Of a DNA stretch of 64,000 nucleotides, positions 57,582 through 64,000 are shown in pieces. Location of the stretch: positions 2,243,261-2,307,260 of the forward strand of contig JACKID010000001.1 of NCBI GenBank assembly GCA_020638675.1, in the 5' to 3' direction. Position 1 is the first letter of the stretch; each line of letters opens with the position of its first letter. Under the pieces are notes generated by a model. It made no database searches. It saw only the letters and a list, made by a program, of their open reading frames with translations, and was not told the DNA's origin. The translations under genes were made by a program, and so were the position numbers. The stretch comes from Planctomycetota bacterium. GTDB lineage: Bacteria; Planctomycetota; UBA8742; UBA2392.

Positions 57582-58124
57582 CTATTCCTTGAACTCAACC
57601 AGCTCGGACTTACCGGCGGCCGACTCCATCTTGACCATCAGGCCCGGGTACTTCTTGGACATCCAGGTCTTGGTGCCGGAAACTTCGGTCATGGTGCACT
57701 CGAACTCACCCGCACCAACCTTCACGGTCTCGTCCTTGGTCTCAACCTTGGGTGCGGCATCCGCCGGAGCCGTGGTATCAGCCTTCGTGAACGGGATCTT
57801 CGTCGGCTCGGGCTCAGGCATGCCGGCCATGGGCTTCATGTCGGCGTCGAGAGTCCACATCTTGACCATCGCGTGATCGTCGGCCACTTCAACAACTTCG
57901 GTCTTGCTGTGGCTGATGTTTCCACTGAAGTCGTTCTTGACGACCCAGATGCGGCCCTTGGACTTGTAAAGAGCGTACGGGTCTGATGCGGTCTCGCCAC
58001 CGCAACCACCGCCACAAGCGGCCGTGTTGCCGCCGTTGCCGCCTGCAGCGTTGTTGCCGCCGCCACAAGCAACTGCCACGACTGCCACCAGGCAAAGAAG
58101 GCTGAAAAGGATGCTCTTACGCAT
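57582..58124 (-). CDS. Paralog-family lipoprotein P1 (shortest member)
   Basis: GGGAGAA SD and a signal peptide with a lipobox-like VAVAC, followed by a Gly/Asn/Ala-rich linker. Motifs DPYALYKSKGRIWV and ...AGEFECTMTEVSGTKTWMSKKYPGLMVKMESAAGKSELVEFKE. Confidence 0.6.
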   Translation of the reverse strand: MRKSILFSLLCLVAVVAVACGGGNNAAGGNGGNTAACGGGCGGETASDPYALYKSKGRIWVVKNDFSGNISHSKTEVVEVADDHAMVKMWTLDADMKPMAGMPEPEPTKIPFTKADTTAPADAAPKVETKDETVKVGAGEFECTMTEVSGTKTWMSKKYPGLMVKMESAAGKSELVEFKE

Positions 58125-58321
58125 GAAATTCTCCCTGATAATTTAGGTTAGCTGCCAATCCTGCTCAGATACGTGGCTTGCGAACAAGCACAAGATATGC
58201 CATATCTAATCAGAGTGTCATGGAGCCCTTGAATTAGGGCTCAGGGGGCGATTCCGCCTTCTGGAATGCCGGGTAGTCCATGTCACGTTATGTGTGCAAG
58301 TGTAAGAAAAGTTGACACGCC

Positions 58322-58561
58322 ATGCCCATCTACGAATACCGCCACACAGGCAAGATCGGCGACACCTGCGAGGAGTCGTTCGAGATCTTTCAGAAGATGT
58401 CCGACGAATCGCTCACCAAGTGCCCGGTGTGCGGAAAGCCCGTCGAGAAGATACTGTCGAGATTCTCCGGCGGTGCCGATAAGATGGCACCCAGCCGCCT
58501 GAAAGAGCTTGGCTTCACGAAGCTCGTAAGACGCGACAAGGGCGTCTACGAAAAAGAGTAA
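58322..58561 (+). CDS. FmdB-family zinc-ribbon protein with a degenerate first Cys pair
   Basis: MPIYEYRH...C matches the FmdB signature MPxYEYRCxxC, but only one Cys remains in knuckle 1. The second knuckle CPVCGK is intact. Confidence 0.6.
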   Translation: MPIYEYRHTGKIGDTCEESFEIFQKMSDESLTKCPVCGKPVEKILSRFSGGADKMAPSRLKELGFTKLVRRDKGVYEKE

Positions 58562-58588
58562 CCCCGCACGTCCCCCACTGAGCCTTAG

Positions 58589-59827
58589 ATGATGCGTCAG
58601 CGATTCGTCCTTTCCGCGTGCATGGCACTCTGCCTGGCCGCATGCGGCCAACCTGAAGAAGACACAGAGCCCGTCAAGCCCATCAAGGTCACCGTCGGCG
58701 TCGCGCTGGAAGAGCCGATGATTCCGACAGACCCGGCCGTCGACCCTGCCGTGGCCTATGACGGCACGCGCGTACACATGGTCTACAGCCAGTCCAACGG
58801 GACGCAGTACAATCTCATGTACACCCAGCGCCTCGGTGGCGGCAGCTTCACGGCGCCATCGCCGGTTTTCCCGGGCTCTACGGGCAACAGCCGCAACGCG
58901 CACGTGTTCATGGACAGCGCGGGAACGCTGCACATCGTCTGGGAAGAAGGCACAACGCCCAACCGCGAGATCTACTACGCCACGCGCACCAGCGGCGGCG
59001 TGCTGAGCACCCCGGTCGACATGACCAACACCAGCGAGGACGAGGCCGACCCGCGCGTGCACGTCGACAGCACCGGGCGCATCCACATCATCTGGACCGG
59101 CTCGACTGTCCCACCCAACCCCACAACGGCGATCTACTACAGGCGCACGCAGGGTTCGATCTTCCTGTCCGCGACGATTCTGCCCAAGGGCACAGGCAAC
59201 CAGCCGGCCGAAATGGGCGACATCTGCACCGACGCCGGCGACCGCATTTACGTGGTCTGGGCCGAAAGCGACGGGGCGTCCCGCAACATCCGCATGGTCC
59301 GCAGTGACGACAACGGGCAGAATTTCGGCGGTGTCGGCAGCGGCTTTGCCGCTAGCGGCTCGGTCGACATGACCCAGCCGCGCGTGCAGGGCGGCACCGA
59401 CGGCGAAGTCTTCCTCACGTTCGTGGGCCAGGCGCAGAACGGCGACCGGGCGTTGTTCGTCACATACACGCGCACGGGCGGCACGTTTGCCAGCCCGGGC
59501 CAACTGGTCAGCAGCCAGACGCTCGGCATACGCGACCCGGAAATCGCCGCCTTCGACCGCGGCTCGAACGACTACAACGTCTTCGTCGTCTGCAACGACG
59601 GCTCCACCGCGGGAGGAGCAATTCTACTGTTCAGCAGCCACGACAACGGCGAGAACTGGTCCGAGGACCCTGTGGACATGAGCCAGGGCAACTCCCAGCC
59701 CGTGACAAACGTTTCCCCGGCCGTGGCGCTGGACGACAACGAGGTCATCGTCAGCTGGGCGGCGCAGCCCCAGGGGGGTGGAATCGTCCGGACCTGGACC
59801 TCGACCAGCGACTACAGCTTGCCCTAG
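58589..59827 (+). CDS. BNR/Asp-box repeat lipoprotein (sialidase-like beta-propeller)
   Basis: Lipoprotein signal (LAAC). Asp-box SxDxGxxW motifs appear as SDDNGQNF and SHDNGENW. Repeated ...IYYA/IYYR... blades. Confidence 0.65.
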   Translation: MMRQRFVLSACMALCLAACGQPEEDTEPVKPIKVTVGVALEEPMIPTDPAVDPAVAYDGTRVHMVYSQSNGTQYNLMYTQRLGGGSFTAPSPVFPGSTGNSRNAHVFMDSAGTLHIVWEEGTTPNREIYYATRTSGGVLSTPVDMTNTSEDEADPRVHVDSTGRIHIIWTGSTVPPNPTTAIYYRRTQGSIFLSATILPKGTGNQPAEMGDICTDAGDRIYVVWAESDGASRNIRMVRSDDNGQNFGGVGSGFAASGSVDMTQPRVQGGTDGEVFLTFVGQAQNGDRALFVTYTRTGGTFASPGQLVSSQTLGIRDPEIAAFDRGSNDYNVFVVCNDGSTAGGAILLFSSHDNGENWSEDPVDMSQGNSQPVTNVSPAVALDDNEVIVSWAAQPQGGGIVRTWTSTSDYSLP

Positions 59828-59964
59828 GTGGCCGCGAGCGGAAAATTACCTCAACGAACGTGCTCCCCATTGACACGGTAGGCGCAAACCCTATCGTTTT
59901 CTGCCCTTGAGAGATCGCTGCCTCGTCGCGCACTGTGGCGAGGCGTCGTTTATTGGAGTCATGA

Positions 59965-61251
59965 ATGTCCACCGCGGTTGCCTCCGACCTGCTGACCGAA
60001 GTTACCGAGACAAAATCACCTGACATCAAGCACCTGCTGCAGCTGCGCGAGCAACTGCTGGCGGAGCCCGGGCTGCGCAAGACCGCAGACGCCGCGCTTG
60101 ATAACTGGACCGCATCACGCGAACGCCAGGGCGTGCTGCTGTACCTGCTCGGGCGCCTTGAGCGCTCGCTGACTATCCTCGAAACCGAGGCCGCCAGCGC
60201 ATGGAGCAAGCACTTCCTCGCGCGCGCCTACGTTGACTGCGGCTTCTACGCCAAGGGCGAAGAGCTGCTCAGCGGCGAGCTGAAGAACAACAAGGACCTC
60301 GAAGTCGTCATGCCCCTGTACCGCTCACAGGTCATGCAGGGCAAGTACGACGAGGCCGCGAAGACACTCAAGGCCTTCAAGGGCGATCACCCGTCCGTCA
60401 AGGCCGGCTTCATTGAGCTGAAGTACCGCGAAGGCGACCTCGAGACCGCGATGGATGAAATCGTCGCGCTTTACAACGATGTGCAGGACGACCGCATGGT
60501 CGCGTTCGTCTACGGCCAGATCGCGCAGGCCGCCGGTGACGACGAAGCCGCGCGCCGCGCCTATGAGCAGATCGCCCAGCACCCGCCGGTAGCGGTGGAC
60601 GTGTTGATTAACCTCGGCACGCTGTATGAAGACGAGTCGCACTGGGAACTCGCCATCAAGTGCTATGAGACGGTGCTGGCTGCATACCCGACGCACTCGC
60701 GCGCCCGCCTTTACAAGCGCGACGCGGAAGCCAGCAAGAACATGTACTACGACGAAGATCGTGAGCGCAAGGAAGACAAGCGCCTGCAGATCCTGCGCAC
60801 GCCGGTCACCGACTTCGAGCTTTCGGTGCGCTCGCGCAACTGCCTGCAGAAGATGAAGATCGACACGCTCGGCGACCTGATCCTGAAGACCGAGTCCGAG
60901 CTGCTGAGCTACAAGAACTTCGGCGAGACCAGCCTGCAGGAAATCAAGTCCATCCTCGGCTCCAAGGGCCTGCGACTGGGCATGCGCACCGAGGACGCGC
61001 TCGCCTACGCTCCGCCGGAAGACGGCAGCGCACCGGTCATCACGGGCGACGACCAGCTGGCGCAATCGATCGACGCGCTGGAGCTTTCCGTGCGCTCGCG
61101 TCGATGCATGGAGCGACTTGGTATCAAGACTGTCGGCGAATTGGTCGACAAGACAGAGGCCGAGCTTGTGGCCGCGCCGAACTTCGGCCAGACCTCGCTC
61201 AACGAAGTGCGCCAGAAGCTGGCCGAGATGAACCTGTCGCTCAAGGGCTAA
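59965..61251 (+). CDS. TPR-repeat protein with two tandem RNA polymerase alpha-subunit C-terminal-domain (alphaCTD)-like modules
   Basis: An N-terminal TPR-like helical region, then two HhH modules: ELSVRSRNCLQKMKIDTLGDLILKTESELLSYKNFGETSLQEIK and ELSVRSRRCMERLGIKTVGELVDKTEAELVAAPNFGQTSLNEVR. Confidence 0.6.
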   Translation: MSTAVASDLLTEVTETKSPDIKHLLQLREQLLAEPGLRKTADAALDNWTASRERQGVLLYLLGRLERSLTILETEAASAWSKHFLARAYVDCGFYAKGEELLSGELKNNKDLEVVMPLYRSQVMQGKYDEAAKTLKAFKGDHPSVKAGFIELKYREGDLETAMDEIVALYNDVQDDRMVAFVYGQIAQAAGDDEAARRAYEQIAQHPPVAVDVLINLGTLYEDESHWELAIKCYETVLAAYPTHSRARLYKRDAEASKNMYYDEDRERKEDKRLQILRTPVTDFELSVRSRNCLQKMKIDTLGDLILKTESELLSYKNFGETSLQEIKSILGSKGLRLGMRTEDALAYAPPEDGSAPVITGDDQLAQSIDALELSVRSRRCMERLGIKTVGELVDKTEAELVAAPNFGQTSLNEVRQKLAEMNLSLKG

Positions 61252-61272
61252 AGACAACTCGAAATGAACAAT

Positions 61273-61325
61273 GCAAAATCCAAAATTGGACCGCACGCCT
61301 GAGTCCATTTTGGATTTTGCAATTT
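61273..61325 (+). terminator. AT-rich long hairpin after the TPR-alphaCTD gene
   Basis: GCAAAATCCAAAATTGGAC ... GTCCATTTTGGATTTTGC (~18-bp imperfect stem), followed by aattt. Its composition is unusual for this GC-rich locus. Confidence 0.45.
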
Positions 61326-61345
61326 GAAGTCCCTGCGGAGCTGTG

Positions 61346-62647
61346 ATGTCGGATGCCACGGGCACAGTTACCGACCCTCTCGAATTCAGAGAGGGCCGCG
61401 GCGCCCTGGACTTTGGCCTGCTCGCCGTTCGCAACGGCTTGCTGACGGCCGAGCAGCTTGAAGATTGTCGCGCCAAGCAGGCGGCCAGCGCCAACCTCGG
61501 CGAAAACAAGACACTCAAGGACATCATCCTCGCCAGCCGCCTCATGACCGAGGAAGAGTGCCTGCGCGTCGAGCGTGCGCAGCAGCACCTGACGCAGGAC
61601 CGCGAGCGCAAGCAGGACCTCAAGTTCAAGGGCTACGAGATCATCAGCACGCTCGGTGAAGGCGGGCTGGGCAGCGTGTTCAAGGCGCGCCAGGTCAGCA
61701 TGAACCGGCTCGTCGCGTTCAAGGTGCTGCACAACCAGTGGATCAGCGACGACGAGTTCCGCAAACGCTTCGTGCTTGAGGCCCGCATCGTCGGCAAGCT
61801 GAGCCACCAGAACCTGATTCAGGTCTACGACGTCGGGCGCGAGGCCGACTACTACTACTTCAGCATGGAGTTCGTCGACGGGCGTACGGTCGAAGACCTC
61901 GTGCGTGAGGCCCCGCGCAAGCAGATGGAAGTCGCGCGCGCCGTGGACATCTGCATCCAGACGCTGCGCGCGATCAACTACTACAAAGACTTCGACATCG
62001 TCCACCGCGACATCAAGCCCAGCAACATCATGATCACGCGCTCGGGCCTGGTGAAGCTGGGCGACTTCGGCTTCGTGAAGAGCAAGCTGGACAAGGAGCT
62101 GGGCTACGAGGGCATGGTGCTCGGCACACCGGACTACATCGCGCCCGAGCAGGCCATGGGCAAGGAAGACGTCGACTATCGCGCCGACATCTACAGCATG
62201 GGCGCGACGCTGTACCACATGCTCACCGGGCGTCCGATGTACGACGGCACGCCCAGCAAGGTCATGCTCGCGCACACGCGCACGCCAATGCCGGACCCGC
62301 GCACGTATCGCCCCAGCCTGGGCGACGACGTGGTCAACGTGCTGCAACGCATGCTGGCGAAAGACCCCAACCAGCGCTACGCGAACATCAACAGCCTGTT
62401 CGCCGACCTCGAGGCACTGCGCGATGCCCACAAGGCCAAGGCCGCAACGAAGTACGAGATCGGCAAGAGCAGCATCATGCGCGCGCTGAACATCGAAAAG
62501 AGCCGCCACAATGAGCTGGCCGAGCGCATCAAGACCGCCGAAGCCAAGGCCGACGCCGCCTCCGCCGCGGCAAAGCTGGCCTGGGGAGTGGCCGCCGGCG
62601 CGGTTATCGCGGCGCTGACCTTCCTGATTCTCTGGCTGGCTACGTAG
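61346..62647 (+). CDS. Hanks-type Ser/Thr protein kinase with C-terminal TM anchor
   Basis: GGAG SD before the ATG at 61346. Kinase motifs present: GEGGLGSV, AFKVL, HRDIKPSNIM, DFGFV, and an APE-like APEQ. A C-terminal hydrophobic helix. Confidence 0.85.
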   Translation: MSDATGTVTDPLEFREGRGALDFGLLAVRNGLLTAEQLEDCRAKQAASANLGENKTLKDIILASRLMTEEECLRVERAQQHLTQDRERKQDLKFKGYEIISTLGEGGLGSVFKARQVSMNRLVAFKVLHNQWISDDEFRKRFVLEARIVGKLSHQNLIQVYDVGREADYYYFSMEFVDGRTVEDLVREAPRKQMEVARAVDICIQTLRAINYYKDFDIVHRDIKPSNIMITRSGLVKLGDFGFVKSKLDKELGYEGMVLGTPDYIAPEQAMGKEDVDYRADIYSMGATLYHMLTGRPMYDGTPSKVMLAHTRTPMPDPRTYRPSLGDDVVNVLQRMLAKDPNQRYANINSLFADLEALRDAHKAKAATKYEIGKSSIMRALNIEKSRHNELAERIKTAEAKADAASAAAKLAWGVAAGAVIAALTFLILWLAT

Positions 62648-63097
62648 ATGCCGCCGCCAGACGGAACCCGCTTTCACGCATCACTAAGCCGCTGGACAAT
62701 CGGCCTCCTGGTCGCGACCGCGTTCGTAGTCGCCGCGACATTCGGCATTGAGACTCTGCGCTCCGACTGGGTTCTGGTCGGCGTGGTCGTGCTGGCTGCA
62801 TCGGTCGCCGTGGCCGTGGCAGGCGAGGTCTTGCTGCACTTCGTGGCCGGCCCGCGCAGTTACGTGGTGAATGACACGGGGCTGTGGTTCGGTCGCGGCA
62901 GCAATCTGACGAAGCTGTTCGACTGGAGCGAAGTAACTTCCTGGAAGCTCATCACGCAGCGCAACGGCAACGACCGTTGGAAGATTGAAACGGATGACAA
63001 GGTCTTCACCATCCGCAAGCTCGACGTGGAGCTTCCCTCGGCAGACAATTTCGCACGCGAACTTGAAACACGGATCAGTACCCCGCGATCCGCTTGA
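62648..63097 (+). CDS. Hypothetical membrane protein (two N-terminal TM helices plus a small soluble domain)
   Basis: The ATG immediately follows the kinase stop (TAGATG), suggesting co-transcription. No recognised family. Confidence 0.5.
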   Translation: MPPPDGTRFHASLSRWTIGLLVATAFVVAATFGIETLRSDWVLVGVVVLAASVAVAVAGEVLLHFVAGPRSYVVNDTGLWFGRGSNLTKLFDWSEVTSWKLITQRNGNDRWKIETDDKVFTIRKLDVELPSADNFARELETRISTPRSA

Positions 63098-63099
63098 GC

Positions 63100-64000
63100 T
63101 CATGGGCGCGGATAGAGGCGCGCCCAGTACTCCCAGAACGTGGGGAAGCTCTTGGCGACGCACTCCGGGTGTTCGATCTTGATCGCCGTACGCAGGCCGG
63201 CGATGGCAAAGCTCATTGCCATGCGGTGATCGTCATACGTGGATATAGCAACCGGCTTTGAGTGCGAAGCGTCAGCGATCGGCCCGTCCACTTCCAGCCA
63301 GTCGCCACCTGCCAGTGTTTCTACGCCAAGTTTCTTCAACTCGGCCTGCAATGCCGCAATCCGATCCGTCTCCTTCACCCGCAGCGTGCTCAGCCCTTTC
63401 AGGCGTGAAGTCCCCTGCGCAAAGGCGCACACGACCGCGAGTGTTTGGGCGCAATCCGGCAGGCCAGAGAGATCCGCTTCAATCGCACGCAGTGGTGCAC
63501 CCTTCACACCAAGACCGTTCGGGAACTCCAGCACTTCGCAACCCATCTGCTCCAGCAGGTCGACAAAACGTACGTCCCCTTGCACGCCGCCCCGCGCCAA
63601 GCCATCAATCACGCATGTGCCGCCAGTGACAGCCGCCGCGCCCCAGAAGTAGCTCGCGGCCGTGCCATCCGGCGGGCAGGTGTAGTGCGTCGGCCGATAG
63701 TTTGCTTCGTGGATGTGAAAGCGCCGATAGCCGTCGCGCTCGATGTTGCTCTCGGGAATGCCGAACGCCTTCATCACTTCCAGCGTGATGTCCGCGTAAG
63801 GCTTGCTGACGAGATCACCCTCGATTTCGATCTCGATTCCCCCACCGCGCGTCGGTGCAATCATCAGCAGTGCAGACAGGAACTGGCTGGAGACGTCGCC
63901 TCGCAGAGTGCATTTGCCGCCGCGCAATGACGCTCCTTCGATCTCCAATGGAACGCAGCCCGACGCGCCCGCCTCAGTGATCCGCGCTTCCAACTGCCGA
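63100..64000 (-). CDS. aroA: 3-phosphoshikimate 1-carboxyvinyltransferase (EPSP synthase), C-terminal part; 5' end beyond the window
   Basis: LRGDVSSQFLSALLMIAPT and downstream EPSPS motifs. The ORF remains open at the window edge. Confidence 0.88.
   Translation of the reverse strand, partial: RQLEARITEAGASGCVPLEIEGASLRGGKCTLRGDVSSQFLSALLMIAPTRGGGIEIEIEGDLVSKPYADITLEVMKAFGIPESNIERDGYRRFHIHEANYRPTHYTCPPDGTAASYFWGAAAVTGGTCVIDGLARGGVQGDVRFVDLLEQMGCEVLEFPNGLGVKGAPLRAIEADLSGLPDCAQTLAVVCAFAQGTSRLKGLSTLRVKETDRIAALQAELKKLGVETLAGGDWLEVDGPIADASHSKPVAISTYDDHRMAMSFAIAGLRTAIKIEHPECVAKSFPTFWEYWARLYPRP

Overview
This is a high-GC (~65%) bacterial chromosomal segment with dense coding on both strands. No rRNA genes or CRISPR arrays were seen, and there is one tRNA (tRNA-Glu). 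The gene content looks Planctomycetota-like: two Hanks-type Ser/Thr kinases, HEAT/TPR proteins, many signal-peptide paralog families, and a dcw cluster that stops at mraY with no ftsW/murG/ftsZ nearby. That placement is inference only.

Housekeeping genes recognised: asnS (5' partial), gatB, a NUDIX hydrolase, a metallophosphoesterase, queC, mfd, a SurA-like chaperone, a MerR regulator, a GT9 heptosyltransferase, the rpoD-dnaG pair, tRNA-Glu(CUC), a threonine-dehydratase-like PLP enzyme, a crotonase, the dcw cluster mraZ / small ORF / rsmH / ftsL / ftsI / murE / murF / mraY, pyrF, and aroA (5' partial at the window end).

Accessory or unusual content:
- A MoxR AAA+ ATPase on the minus strand, preceded by a ParE/RelE-like toxin-antitoxin pair. 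It sits divergently from a tandem triplet of paralogous secreted proteins that combine N-terminal HEAT-like repeats with a C-terminal vWA domain carrying an intact MIDAS motif. A fourth paralog lies about 30 kb away.
- A five-gene tandem array of paralogous secreted/lipoproteins (52929-58124, minus strand) sharing an unrecognised C-terminal domain. Three of them are followed by identical 25-nt terminator hairpins.
- Two copies of a ~80-bp double-hairpin REP-like element.
- A perfectly phased 33-bp array of four ACAGACA-N4-TGTCTGT palindromes upstream of a membrane-protein gene.
- A protein with an ~80-residue poly-Glu/Asp tail.
- A lower-GC islet of small unknown genes immediately 3' of tRNA-Glu.
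- GTGGG direct repeats (MraZ-box-like) in the mraZ/pyrF divergent region.
- A TPR protein carrying two RNA-polymerase alpha-CTD-like modules next to a kinase.

All calls are from reading the sequence and ORF translations. No database searches were run.
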